From contig NC_068984.1 in NCBI RefSeq assembly GCF_001194135.2, forward strand, positions 97,917,294-97,981,293: DNA of 64,000 nucleotides, read 5' to 3'. The notes below the pieces were generated by a model that saw only the letters and a program-made list of their open reading frames with translations, did not search any database and was not told where the DNA came from. The DNA comes from Octopus bimaculoides (lineage: Eukaryota). Each line of letters opens with the position of its first letter. The first letter of the stretch is position 1. Below are positions 25,514-41,441 of the stretch, one piece after another. The position numbers and the translations under genes were made by a program.

Positions 25514-26652
25514 CTGGAAGAAATGAGTTTGATGAAGAAGGGTTATTTTAGAAAGTATCATATAGCAGAAATATCATTAAAAAAACAAAAAAAAGAAAAA
25601 GAAAAAGAAAAAGAAAAAAGAAAAATTCTTTTCCAAATTATATAACAATCTGGTTTTAAAGTTTTGTATACTTTTAGTACTCATTAACTTCAATTACTTT
25701 TGAGAATATTACAATAAAAGTTTGAATTCACTGAAAAATATGATTCACAAAAGTAAATAAGAAAAAAATGGCATGTCAACTTAGAATATCAAAGATGATG
25801 GACAGTGAAGCACCATCAAGGGATCTAGATCCAGTGACAAGGTATTGTCACAGAAATCTATGTGTCCATATTCTATAGGTCAAAATTAGCTATGTCAAAT
25901 CAAAAATACTTCAATCTTCTACCCAGAATTTCAGTGCCACTATCAATCAGGTGAAGGCAAACTTGATGGGAACTGTTGTTACTTAAAAGAATTCAATGTT
26001 TTATACTATTCATGACAATGATGAGCAACGTTTAAAAAAGTGTCTCCTGTACAGCTCCTCAAAAGATGCAGTTTATTACTTTTATTGTACTTCGATGTCA
26101 AACCAATATGACAGGTTTTCCAATGAGGATGTTTTAATGACTGTGTAATAAAGGCTAATGTATATATTATTCTACTACTAGTTTCAGACATTTGACTGCA
26201 GTCATGCTGGAGCACCGCCCTGAAGTGAAGGGTTTTAGTTGAACAAATTGACCCCAAGATTTATTTCTTAAGCCTAGTACTTATTCTATTGGTCTCTTTT
26301 AATGAATCACTAAGTTACAGGGATGTCAACACACCAAAACCAGTTGTCAAATGGTGATGGGGGGACAAACATAGACACACATATACATACAGTAATCCCT
26401 TGACTATAGCAGGTGTTACGTTCCAAAACCTCCCACAGAAGTAATTAAAATCTAAAAAAATATAAAGACCTATCTGCCATAGAAACTCGGATATACTGGG
26501 GAGTCTGCGATATAAATTTACATATATCAGACAGAAAAATCCCCGATATGGCGAGGGATTACTGTGTATATATAGTTTATAGATGAGATCAGATATTTGC
26601 TGTATAAAGTACACTTAGTAGTGCTCAAAGATTCAAACTTGAGTGGGTATAA

Positions 26653-26780
26653 AAGCAAATTAGACAGATCAATATATAAAGTATATTAAATACATGAAAT
26701 ACAAAATATGTATATATGTATATGTATTTTGTATTTCATGTATTTAATATACTTTATATATTGATCTGTCTAATTTGCTT
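26653..26780. repeat. Perfect 56-bp inverted repeat with 16-nt spacer
   Basis: 26653-26708 is the exact reverse complement of 26725-26780. Confidence 0.95.
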
Positions 26781-26793
26781 ATCCCCACATATG

Positions 26794-26847
<54 letters not shown>

Positions 26848-27160
26848 TGATGAGCTTCAGTTTCTATAAACCAAATCCACCCACAAGGCTCTGGTCAGCC
26901 TGAGGCTATAGTAGAAGATGCCTACCCAAGGTACCACTCTGCAGGAAAGAGCTGAATTTCAACAGAATATGTATTTTATAAAAATGTCCTTGAAGAGACT
27001 GCCTTTTTCTGTTAAAGACAACTGGCTTGATATATTGGTCCAGTTATAAGGCTTAATGTAAAAAATATGAAGATGAATATCTTTACCATTTGTAGTGAGT
27101 GTATAGAGGTTACTGTATGTGTAAGATTGATTTGCACCAAGAGATTAACAGACATATTAC

Positions 27161-27293
27161 CTGACCGAAAACTTCTTCATTTACTGAGAATGTCATCACT
27201 AAATCATGTTCAGTAATATCTGTATCCTGAATCCACAACAAACTTTGGTGAAATTCTGTATCTAGAGCCTCAACATCTGCTATTGTCCAGGAT
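27161..27293 (-). CDS. HECW1/HECW2: HECW exon, HECT: (E)[44 protein letters not shown]
   Basis: tcatag acceptor, CAG|gtaata donor, 133 nt. Confidence 0.96.
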
Positions 27294-28403
27294 CTATGAT
27301 AGAATAGAAAGAGAAAGAATGAGACTAGCTATAGAAATGTGAAAAATGATGCACAATGAAATATTTTTAATGAAATATCCTCTACTTCCTTTCACTCCGT
27401 TATAGTTGTTGTTTAGCCCCAGGTCAGCCATGAACAAGCAAATTAATGGTTATAAGTGTAATACTTAAGGTCATTTCACATGTTTGTATATTACAAACTA
27501 CATGGTCTAATGTATCCTTTATTTAAGACAGTAAAATGAGATTTGAAGGAGATTTGGCTGCTATTTCCAGCAAGTTGTGCAAATATGTAACAGCTTGCTA
27601 ATGGTGGCCCCTTCTATACCAGGTTCTTGTTCCTGTAATAGATATTCTAGGAACTGTGCAGTTTCAAGTGTTAAGTTTAATTTTTCCCTTCCCATTATCA
27701 CCCCTTATTAATTCTAAGTGTACAAGCCTCATTATTTTTAATGGTAGATATTAAATACTGCAGTGAAAAGGAGGAGACAAATTATGGAATAGTTAACTTT
27801 AAGTGAGTCACTGAGGAACTCGTGCCAGTGACACGTAAAAAGCACTGTTAGGGATTTGGGCCTCATGGAAGCAGTGACATCAAGCCAAGTGAGATCATAG
27901 TCATGGCCGATGCCAGTGTCGCGTAATTAAAAGCACCCTTCAATCATTGGGCGATATGCTGTGCTTGTGAAGACCTGCTGAATCGAGTGAAATTGCAGTT
28001 GTGGCTGATGCCAGAGCCATCTGGCTGGCACCTATGCCAGTGGAACATAAAAAGCACTGTGTTTAGTCCTGTTTAGTGTTAGGCCAGCCTTGATGGAGCA
28101 GACCTATTATTATCAAAAGCAGTTAACTGTGGCTATTCTGTCTTAGAAATCTCTTTGACTACATTGTGTAAAGTATCCTCTTTTTTAAGACAGTAAAATG
28201 TGATATGACGGAGATGTGACAGCATTTGTAGCAAGTCAAATGACCACATAGAGACTCTCTGATTAATTGTGGAGGATATGTCTATGATATAGATGTAGAC
28301 CATAGGGACCCATCCCATATGATCAGTTTGAACAGCAGTAACATATTCATTAAAACTTGAACATCTGTGGTATACATTAATATGATGAATGAAAATGTAC
28401 TCA

Positions 28404-28547
<144 letters not shown>

Positions 28548-28979
28548 TTATGTATACACACAATATCATCATCGCCATCATTTTCCATGTTTTTCATGCT
28601 TGCATGGATTAGATGGGTTTTCCAGCACAGTATGTCGCCACTTGTTACTGTTCACTTTGTTGTAAGGTTCAGTTTCACCACCTTTCACATGGATTGGTTG
28701 GCATATCACCACTCACATGTCAGTCTTCATGTCCGTTCCAGTGCAGTCATCTTTTATACACTGCAGCTGTTATGCCCATTTCCCCCTTGGCTCATTTCTG
28801 CTCTGTTGTTTTATGCACGTTGACATTATACACCAAATGAAGCATGCTCATTACACCTCTATCAAACTTTTGCACATCCTCCACATTCAGTACCATGTCT
28901 TTCTACCATTCAGACACAACATGACCTTAATTTGGAGAGAGAAAACTGTTATTTCTAAGGAAAGTAATAGATGATACAA

Positions 28980-30560
28980 GCACAAGAAGTGGCATAGATT
29001 TCATTGTAAGTAAAGAATGGGTATCAAAACCTGTACCCTATGGTTTGTCTAAATAATGCAGCTAAATGTTTATATCTCAAGAAATACCTGATCTTCCAGA
29101 CCTATACTCCTGTGACAGCAAGATTGAGGGACATGGAGAAATTCTATCAAGACCTGGATAATGTGCCAGTTCACAAATTCAATTACACTGACACGAGTGG
29201 AAAAGTGGTAGGGCAACAAATGGTAAAAAAACTTTATGGAAGAGGAAAATGAAAGAAGAGAACATTTAATCAACATGACAAATGCAATACATCAGGAACA
29301 GCGTGGTCAGGAAAATATCTGGAAAGAGATTGATGAAGATAACCCTAACGTTCAACACTGAAATGAGATAACTACTTCCTAGTTGACTGACAATGCATAT
29401 TGCAGGACATCTCAACTTCAGTGTCATTCAACACTATCAGTGACCACTGTTTTCCACAGACAAAGATCCTCATTGATGAAATTAGAAAGAAAAAGGCATG
29501 AATAATCAATACATCAAGGTCTTCAATGTATTACAGTTGCTGGATGGTATCAGGAATGAAACCCGGAGTTAACTTGAAGGAAATGATGAAGATTATGATT
29601 CACTAATCCAGAAAATGAAAAGCTCTATGTGGAGAGCAAGAACTGTAAGTCTAAAGTCTACAGTGAGGTAAGAGAGAGATGGCACTATATAAATCAGAGG
29701 TCAAGCACAAAAATGGGCTCGTAGCATAACTTTTATTCCAGTCTTTTTAAATCATCAGTGACACTTAATCATCTATTGTCAATGATCAGTGAAACTGAGA
29801 ATGCTTTGAAGTCGATGAACAGAGCTTAAGTGCCAGGAAAAGACAGTAAAACAATGGGAGTAAAGCAGTTGTGGAAAATTCTCATTCTATGCTATAATCA
29901 ATATTTGAAAATAGGAAAAATACTCCACTGTAGAACGGATTGAATACTATCTTACTTTATAAGAAAGTTGATAAGGAAAATCTGAGAAACCGTTGCCCCA
30001 TACACCTCCTGTTTCAATTCTACAAGATCATAGTCATTAGACTATCAAAACAGCCTAAAAATCAGCAAAGTAAGAACAGGAAGGAAGGTTTCTGCCTTGA
30101 TTAAATACACACTCCAAGTAAAGTTAGACAAACCCAGCACTTCAACAGTACTATCCCACTTATGTTCTCATATGCAAGAGAAACATGATTTACTACAAGG
30201 AATAATGAATAGTGATTAGCTATGAGACATAGGGTCATGGAAAGATCTATGCTAGGAACATCATAATGGGAGCATATCATTATGGGGAACAAGGAACTTC
30301 AGAACAAAAGTGAAGTGACCAATGTGATTGTGGAATACTGAAAGCACAAGTTTCACTAAGATGAACATGTTGCAAGAAACATGGGCTACAGTCAAGTGGT
30401 ATATAAGAGATCACCCAGAAGACTTACAAAGCAATAGGAAGACAACATAGTCAAACAATTTGGGCCCAAATAGAAGAAAAGGGTGTGTGAAATCAAGGGA
30501 ACAGAAATGCATTGTGACCAGTGATGTTTAGGGGCATTTGATAGTCTGGTTGATTATATA
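28980..30560 (+). mobile_element. Old RTE-like LINE remnant
   Basis: Degenerate endonuclease segment (QTYTP...EKFYQDL) and RT segment (DKENLRNRCPIHLLFQFYKI) with many stops. Confidence 0.55.
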
Positions 30561-30878
30561 TGAAACAGTAGTGATTACCTTTATGAAATAAACTTTATTT
30601 TAAAACTATGCTGCAAATATTTCATGTTACATTCATTTCTGTGTTACAATACAGGACTGCATCCATATCCTTTTTACGTAGTCAGTACTTAGCTTTAATA
30701 GTTGTTTTCTACAATGAAATTTCTAGTCTTAATAATGTGTCTGATATAGAAATTTTCAAAATTTAAAGATAAAATATTTTGTTTAGCCTTCACAGTGAGT
30801 GTGTGTGTGACCTGGAAAGAATACAAATATACAAAATATTCCCCTCAATATAATATGGTGTAAATTGATGCCACTTAC

Positions 30879-31031
30879 CATTCTTGGTAGTTATCCACAA
30901 ATCTGGACCTTGGGCTAATCTGTACAGTGTAGGTGTCATTGGCAGAATATTCAAACAAAGCGTAATATGGGTTGAAAAGCTGGCGTGACAACAGGAAAAA
31001 AAACTCTCTTGATGGTCCCCCATAGTCTAAC
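30879..31031 (-). CDS. HECW1/HECW2: HECW exon, HECT: (G)[50 protein letters not shown](W)
   Basis: cttcag acceptor, TG|gtaagt donor, 153 nt; [12 protein letters not shown] motif. Confidence 0.98.
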
Positions 31032-31440
31032 CTGAAGAAGATAATAAAATATGAACAGCATTGTAAGATCTGTAATTGTCAGGAATATGGCTAGGTCTGT
31101 AATGGAATATGACCAGGTCTGCGATAGAAAGGCATACTGTTATGCCTGTTATATTATGGAATATTGCAAGGCCTTTTGACAAAATAAGATACTGAAAATA
31201 ATCTGTTGCTGCATAACCTGTTTACACAAACTAAGTGAAATTTGTGTAAAGTTGAAAAAAAGGATAACAAATATGAAATTCTAGCTGACATCAGTGATGG
31301 TGTGCTAAAAACGAACTATAATATTTCTGAAAATAATTGCATTTTGTTATGAGATTTATATTTTTAGTTTGAGTTTCTCTTAAAATTTTTTTTTTTTCAT
31401 TTTAAACCAAATAACCAACATAAGAAGTATTGATTTTTAA

Positions 31441-32918
31441 CAACATACTTTCTACCAAAAACTGAAGACACAAAAAATCCAAAGAACTACCGACCGATAA
31501 CATGTTTCAACACCACCTACAAGATCCTCATACCCATATTAACTGACAGAATATACACTTTCCTTGAACAGAGATCTATCCTTCCACAAGCTCAAAAAGG
31601 CTGTAAAAGGAATTCTTATGAGTGCAAAGATAAGTTACTCATAAGTAAAAAGATTGTAGAGAATTACTTGAGCAAGAAGAAAAACCTGAGTATGGCATGG
31701 ATAGACTATAGGAAAGCGTTTGATAGTGTTTCACATAATTGGATACTCAAGGCCCTCGAGATATATAAAATCTCTCCAGTTATCTCCAAATTCTTACAAG
31801 GTAGCATGGCCAAGTGGAACACACGTCTCCTTCTAAACCATAGTAATGGGATGAGCCAAACTAACAACATCATCATCAAACGAGGCATCTTTCAAGATGA
31901 CTCCTTTTCCCCATTACTTTTTTGCATGGCACTGATCCCACTCTCAAACAAACTAAATAACACCAGATATGGGTTCAAAGTTTACAATGCAACAATAAAC
32001 CATCTGTTTTATATGGAGACAATCTGAAGCTGTTTGCTAGAAATGACAAAGAGCTAGTAGGGCTGCTAACAACTGTTAAAGAATTCAGCAATGACATTGG
32101 GATGGACTTTGGCCTTGATAAGTGTGTTAAAGCAAATTTTGTAAGAGGCAAGCTCAGGCAGACAGCTTCCATTAAATTAGATACCAACACTACTATCAAG
32201 GAGCTTGACCCACAAAAAAATTACAAATACCTGGGGATAAATGAAGGAGATGGCATACAATATGCTACTATGAAGGAAAAAATAAGAAAAGAATATTACA
32301 GGAGAATAAGACTCATACTAAAAACTTAACTGAACTCTAAAAATCGCATTGAAGCCATTTACACCTTGGCACTTCCAGTAGTCCAGTATAATTTTAACAT
32401 CATTAACTGGCATCTTACAGAGCTCCAATGCCTGGACAGGAATACAAGAAAAATACTAATTTCAAAGAACATGCACCACCCAAAAGCAGATGTTGATTGT
32501 CTGTACCTACCTAGAAGTAATGGGGGAAGAAGAATTATGCAGGTAGAACTGTGCTGTAAGATCTCCACAACAGCAATGAAGAGGACAGGACGCTGCAACT
32601 TGTGTGCAAACACGAAAGCAGCAAAAAGTCACATTTTATTGCCAAGGAAGCTTGCAAATTCGCAAAGGAACTTGACATTAACCCTAAAATAGTTGAAGAA
32701 CCTGAAACCACTGCCACAAACAAGAAAAATGGATCAAGCAGACTGCAAAAAAGAGTGGGCAGAAACAAACTGAGGAGTGATGGAGCCAGAAGCCTCTGCA
32801 TGGACAGTTTATACTTAGAAGTCGAAATGCTGATGTAGATCAAACAACCCATAAGTGGCTGAGAAGTTCAGGACTGAAAGCAGAGACTGAAGGTTTCATA
32901 CTGGCAGCACAAGACCAA
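31441..32918 (+). mobile_element. R4/Dong-clade non-LTR retrotransposon fragment (RT region)
   Basis: KNYRPITC, AWIDYRKAFDSV.H.W, RGIFQ.DS.SPLLF, FGLDKC, YKYLGI, LYLPRS.GGR, WLRSSGLKAETEGFILAAQDQ; frameshifts and stops; truncated at both ends. Confidence 0.88.
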
Positions 32919-32929
32919 ATAATAATAAT

Positions 32930-33143
32930 ACTTTCTACTATAGGCATAAGGCCTGAAATTTTTGGGGAGGGGACTAGTTGATTACATTACCCCCAGTGTT
33001 TCACTGGTACTTAATTTATTGACCTCAAAAGGATGAAAGGCAAAGTTGACCTCGGTGGAATTTGAACTCAGAATGTAGCAACAGGAGAAATACTGCTAAG
33101 CATTTTGCCCGGCATGCTAATGATACTGCTAGCTTGTTGCCTT
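32930..33143 (-). mobile_element. SINE family B (AGGC..CGAGCTGGCAGAATC head); other copies at about 2822-3003, 8904-9100 (+), 9131-9305 (+), 9320-9560 (+), 19770-19850, 20510-20580, 33164-33370, 33700-33950, 33985-34193, 42100-42420, 49840-50137, 59090-59190 (+)
   Basis: Recurrent GGATGAAAGGCAAAGTTGACCTCGG.GGAATTTGAACTCAGAA core with (AAT)n or (ATT)n tails. Confidence 0.85.
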
Positions 33144-34240
33144 AATAACTATTTTTAATCTAGGCACAAGGCCAGCAGTTTTTCAGGGTGAACAGAGGGA
33201 AGGAGTGAGTTGATTAAATTGAGCCCAATACATAACTGGTACTCTATTTCACCAACCCTGGCAGGATGAAAGGCAATGCTGACCTTGGTAGAATTTGAAC
33301 TCAGAACATAAAGAGGTGGAACAAATACCACAAAATATTCAAGCACTCTCATGGTTCTACAAACTGACTGTCCTTATAAGAATAAAAATAAAAACAGTTA
33401 TAATCCTATATAAAATAATTTCTTGTATGCTGTGACATTTTCAGTAGTTAAGCAGTAAATGACCTTTTTAAAAGATAATCATTCAAATCTATCCTTTTTG
33501 TTTGGACACACTTCTGACATAAGCTATTTTGATTAACTTCAACAAATGAATTTTAAAAAATTTAATCATTTGTTTTTAATTATTAATATAATTATGTATA
33601 TATTTTTATACCATTGCATTTTTTTAAACAACATTATGCACAATGATGACAAATGCTGGCGAGTGATGCAAGAGCATGTGCACATACTATATTTATAACA
33701 ATCCTTTCTCACATAGGCACAAAATCACAATCAAAAACTCTTATTGTTTCTGATGTAGGCAGAAAGCCACAAATTTGCAATGAAGGGATTAGTTGATTAA
33801 ACTGATCCAAATACATGATGGGTATTTCATTTCCTTGAGCTTAGAGAGATGAGAAGCAAAGTTGAACCAATCAAGATTTGAAGTCAGAACATAAAGAACT
33901 AGAACAAATACCACAAAGCATTTTCCTTCCATGCTGTAACAACTATGCTAGTCTTAACAATGATGATGCTGTGAATAATCTTTTCTACATTAGGCACAAG
34001 GCCTGAAATTTAGAGAGAGGGAGATAGTTGATTGCATCAATTCTATTCCTCAACTGATACTTATTATATCAACCCTGAAAGGAGGAAAGACAAAGTTGAG
34101 CTTAGTGGAATTTGAACTTAGAACATAACGATGGACAAAATGCTGCTAAGCATTTTGTCTAGTGCGCTAATGATTCTGTCAGTTTGCTGCCTTAATGATG
34201 ATGATAATAACAATAATAAAAACTCAACTTATCAACTTAC

Positions 34241-34354
34241 CCTTCTTCCCCAGCAAATGAGATATAGAGTCGACTTTTCTGTAGCTCTTTCTTAGAAGTG
34301 GACATTATTTTATTAAAGGCATCTTCTAAAACATTATCTCTTTTTACTGTTAAT
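34241..34354 (-). CDS. HECW1/HECW2: HECW exon, HECT start: (K)LTVKRDNVLEDAFNKIMSTSKKELQKSRLYISFAGEE(G)
   Basis: ttgtag acceptor, GG|gtaagt donor, 114 nt. Confidence 0.97.
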
Positions 34355-34538
34355 CTACAATGAAATAACAAAATAGAATTAGACTGACAAGAAGAACAAT
34401 GATCATAGACAAACTGACAAAAAAATGAATATAAATATTGCAATTTATTGTGTATTTCGTGTGTGTGAGAATATATTTATATATATAAGGAGAGAAAGAG
34501 AGAGAGAGAGGTGAGAGGGGAAGGGAAAGGTGAGACCA

Positions 34539-34574
<36 letters not shown>

Positions 34575-35012
34575 AGGTTGAGTTCTATTTCATCCTTTAC
34601 TTTTCATATAGAGAGAATGTTTCTTAAATATATTTCATTTATATTTTCAAATAATCGTTAGCCGCATCAGTTTTAATTCATACACAACGAGACTCAACCA
34701 CACTATCTTAATCTTTCATAAGGATAATATGTATATCCAAATATGTTATGTGATACTCACTCCATCAAGTCTTCCTAAACAATAATAATATTATTTTTTT
34801 GATGTATTCTTTTTTCGCACTGAGGAGAACAGTAAGATATAATTAATTTAATTTTAATCAAATTAATTTCTAATTTTTCTATCATGTTATTTACATGTTA
34901 ATATTGCATGGATTAAATTCTTTTCAAATTTTTAACATCTTCTCTTCTCCATCTTTAACAGTCTGTTGAGTTTCTATAAGATACTTGTTCTATAAATTCT
35001 CATAACACACCT

Positions 35013-35046
<34 letters not shown>

Positions 35047-35654
35047 CTTTTACTTGTTTCAGTCATTTCACTGAACATTGCTTTAAAGGGTTTTAAATGA
35101 AGAAATTGTAAAGACGCATTACTTATTCAATCAGTCTCTTTTACTGAACTGCTAAGTTACAGGGACATAAGCACATTACCATTGGTTTTCAAGTGATGGA
35201 GGTGGAGGGTTACACTGATATCTAGATGTTCATTACATGAAACATCTTAAAGATATGTATCTCTGATATGTAGCTTATGTACCCAAACCAATGTATTCAT
35301 TGTGATCCTAGATATTTCTCATTCCATAGCAGGTGTGTTATGCAGTAAATAGGTTTTTTTCTTTCTTTTTTTTTCATTAACCATCAGTTCTTTACCATTT
35401 GTGAAATTTTCAGTTTTACTTTGTTCAATTATTTCACGTCTAACAATGAAGTTCTTCGCATTAATGTGACTTTGCCTTTGTCGTTTTAGGTTTGGTAGTT
35501 ATCATTGGCTGTTGGTAATTTGTGATCCTTTAACCCCATGACAAGGGATTTTTGTTATCAAGCTACTAGGTTGCATTGATGGTAATCATCTCGGCTAATA
35601 TCAGCAATTAGCGCATGTCAATGGTTTGGCATATATTTATATCAACCACTTTAA

Positions 35655-37827
<2,173 letters not shown>

Positions 37828-38370
37828 TTAATTATTTTTCTGAGATTTGATGATTGGTGTAGGACTGGAAGGCACTGTTTAGCCAAATGTAAGATGCTAT
37901 GGTTTCTAGAGTTACGGGTGGAATATTTATGTTCTTGTTTTTGTCTTTGCCCTCATTGTCAGAGTTTCTCCATATGACAGATATTGAGATTTGGTGGGTA
38001 TTTTTGTTTCCGAAAGAATATTTTTAGTTCTACCATTAGTTGTTCTCATTTATTTGTGTCTGTGACTATTCAACATATATGCCTTATCATATTGAATGGC
38101 AGGCATAGCTATGTGGTAAAGAAGTTTGCTTCTCGACCATATGGTTTTGGGTTCAGCCCGCTATGTAGCATCACTATGTAATAATTGTATATGATTATCA
38201 CTGTCATATAAACAGTTTTGTTCATTTCAAGTATTCACCAGGGAAAATATTACCATGCTTGGAAACAGGTGAGGGTTAGCAATATCTGATTGTAGAAAAT
38301 CTGTTTCAATAAACCCTATATGATCCATGCAAGCATGAAAAAGTGGATGTTAAAATGATATGATGATGAA

Positions 38371-38404
<34 letters not shown>

Positions 38405-38622
38405 CATACATACATACACTGATATACAATGGGCTTCTTTCAATTTCCACCTACCAAATCTGCTCACAAGACTTTAGTTGGCCCAGGGCTATAGAAGACA
38501 TTTGGCACAAATTATAAACCTTCTTACTGACAATCTCTCATACAGTCAACATACATGAATATATTTTGGTTGAAAAATGAGAAATGAAAGAAAAAATAAT
38601 AAACATCTCTTTAAATACTTAC

Positions 38623-38740
38623 TTTAATTTCCCTGGTCCCTGACCATATCCTTTAGTTTCTAATTTTTTGTAAAAATTCCTGAGTTTTGCTTGGAAATCC
38701 CTTTTGTATGGAGCTGGAACTCTAGTTGGTCGTTGAACAC
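38623..38740 (-). CDS. HECW1/HECW2: HECW exon: (G)[38 protein letters not shown](K)
   Basis: acttag acceptor, AA|gtaagt donor, 118 nt; [24 protein letters not shown] pre-HECT motif. Confidence 0.97.
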
Positions 38741-38859
38741 CTAAGTAGGAAATAAATACACCAGTTAACATTTACATGGAAACCCACATATTGTTCAAAA
38801 TCTGATTATTAAACTAAATATCTTTTATTAGTTCCAGCTTATGGCTATAGCTATAATAG

Positions 38860-39835
38860 AAAATTAATTTTACAGAAGATGCCTCCAAATAGTAAACAAT
38901 TATTGATGTTTACTAACATTTTTATGTCACAAAGTACTGACTCATTACAGTCACTTGTACTATATTCTCTAAAAACAGTTATTTTCATGCCATTTCAGGA
39001 AAACTTTCAGAATAATCTCAGTTGATAGAGCAAAGATTGCTTTCTGGTAAAGACATTGCTACCAATAGCTTACATAACAAGAGAGACAGTCTAACAATTG
39101 TTCTCCCACAATTCATACAAATTATTTAAGGGTCATGTCGCCATCACAATACAGAAGACATTTCATTGTATCGAAATTAGTACTTCTATACATTTAGATA
39201 ACCTTCTCAATTCCTTTTATCAAGATCAATACATTAGACAAGAATTTTCTGAAGAAGTGATGTTAAATGGTTCTGGTTGGAATCAGGGAAAGTTATAGTT
39301 AGACATGCTGGGTGGTGAGGGTGCCATGAGAAGGAACTTAAGAGAATGGCCCAGTTATGTATGTGCGTATGTATATATCATGTGACCAGAAGTAAGATTC
39401 ACTGAGTTGGGTCCAGCTGTTACCACTTCATCACATATTTTCCTGGGTCTTCCTCTTCTGCAAGTTCCATTCACATTAAGTGATCAATTCTTCTTTATAT
39501 GTCAATACCAGTGCAGTTTTCTTTCTTGCATACTATTGGGTCATCCCATAAATAATGGGTTTTTTAATACTTCTTTTATGTTTCAAAATTAAGATAAACA
39601 ATGCTCTCTTTTAATCTAAAACATACTCTCCTTTATTTTCTACAATGTTCTTCCATCTATCTAGTAGACTTGCAAGGCCGCTTTCCAAAATTAATTTTAC
39701 AGAAGATGCCTCCAAATAGTAAACAATTATTGATGATTACTAACATTTTCATGTCATAAAGTACTGAGTCATTACAGTCACTTGTACTATATGCTTTAAA
39801 GACAGTTGTTATTTTCATGCCATTTCAGGAAAACT
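38860..39835. repeat. Dispersed direct repeat of about 146 bp (38860-39005 and 39687-39835)
   Basis: Both copies run from AAAATTAATTTTACAGAAGATGCC to CCATTTCAGGAAAACT with scattered substitutions. Confidence 0.92.
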
Positions 39836-40130
39836 ACTCCTCCAGTACTGTCCTGACCTCATCTACAGAATTCATATTTTTTCTGTCCAAATGATTTTGA
39901 AGACTGCAGAATAAATGATAATCAGATGAAGCATAGCTTCCCATTCAAACTGCTTCAACCTATGGAATGTCATCCTTGCTGTATATGGCCGAACATTATC
40001 CTGATGGAAGAACATCTTTCGTCTTGAAACCAAAGATGGTTGTTTTGCTTTTAGCGCCGACTTCTTTCCTACTAGCTTAAACCTTTGTTACTGCTAAGTT
40101 TTCCTTAAGACCTCTTGATTCTAAGTTTAT
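39836..40130 (-). mobile_element. Mariner transposase fragment
   Basis: Minus-strand translation FHQDNVRPYTAR and, after a frameshift, DYHLFCSLQNHL...DEVRTVLEE. Confidence 0.75.
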
Positions 40131-40258
40131 CTTCCATGCATGCAAATGTGTACTCACACACACACATCCATATATTTTTGCTTTAGTAATATGAATTTTT
40201 TCATTTCCTAGTAATGTTTAAGTGAAAGAAAGAAACTGATGCAAGAAAATTTTTTTAC

Positions 40259-40362
40259 CTGGAGAAGCTTGTGGTGAACCTGATGGGGAATGGACCCCTG
40301 AGCTTAAAGAGGATTGTTGTAGATGAGGAGGAACATAGGACATGATTTCATTCTCACATAAG
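40259..40362 (-). CDS. HECW1/HECW2: HECW exon: (S)LCENEIMSYVPPHLQQSSLSSGVHSPSGSPQASP(G)
   Basis: gtttag acceptor, CCAG|gtaaaa donor, 104 nt; EIMSYVP motif. Confidence 0.95.
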
Positions 40363-41441
40363 CTAAACAAACAAGTAAAGAAACAAATATTTGTAGACAT
40401 TTAAAATGACATTTAGCATAAAGTATATAGAGATGGTAATTATATTACAACTAACAATGAAAATGAATGTAGTACAAAGTTATTCAAATTTACTATATAT
40501 TTCATAATTTAAGAAGGCACTATAATGATGCTCATGCAGAAGATAAATGAACTCCAATTATCAAAAACTGATTCTGAGACCAATTTGTGATGATGAATGA
40601 AGAGATATGTTGTAGTGTAGAACAATAAAAGCATAGGGAAATATATTTCAAAATAGCACTCTGGCTGTGAAGTTTAAGGTGCTGGACTAATTGATTATAT
40701 AGTAATGAACTGAAACAGCTGTGTTTGTACTGCTGGGAGGGACAATAATTCTATTTGCCACAGAATGCCAGGCTGACAAATAGCTTTCACAACTATTCCT
40801 CAGATTAGTAGTTAACAGTGCTGAGAGTCACTAATGTTGACTCAAATAACACTGAATGCCCATATTTGCAAAAAAGGGGGAAAAAACAAATACTCATAAA
40901 AACATGGAATAACCGATATAAAATAGTAGAAAAAAAAACCCCCAACAAAAATGAATAATGAAGAGAATTTTTTAAAAATCGGTTGTATCTGCTTCTTTTA
41001 ATTTCCAATGAAACCCACAGAACAAAACTAGTGATATTACTCTAGGTGAGAGATAAATCATTCTTTTGAGATGATGATGGTCTATTGTAGACAGTTTCTA
41101 TCATAGCAAGAACTGAATTCATCAGTGAATGATGAAATGTCAATGAATGTCTTCTGTAGCACTTGCTTACAGATTACAAGATAAGATGGAATGTTATGAC
41201 AAGAATAGCATTGATTATGTCAGCTCAATCAAGGCTGGCCTGTGGTTAAACAGCATCAAATTATAGCGAGATAGACTAAGCCATTTAGAATTAAGTGTTT
41301 AGACCCTACTACAACAAGGTGCAAGTGATAGAATATGAACTGTTGAACTCAATCAGCTTGGTTATCTCTATTCTCTGATATTTTCTTGGGTGAAATAGAA
41401 GAAAAAAATAATCAAATAGATATATTGGTAAACTAATTTAC

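Noticed and set aside
32919-32930. (AAT)n next to the R4/Dong fragment as its target site
   Set aside because: The LINE is broken mid-ORF here and the AAT run is the tail of the adjacent SINE
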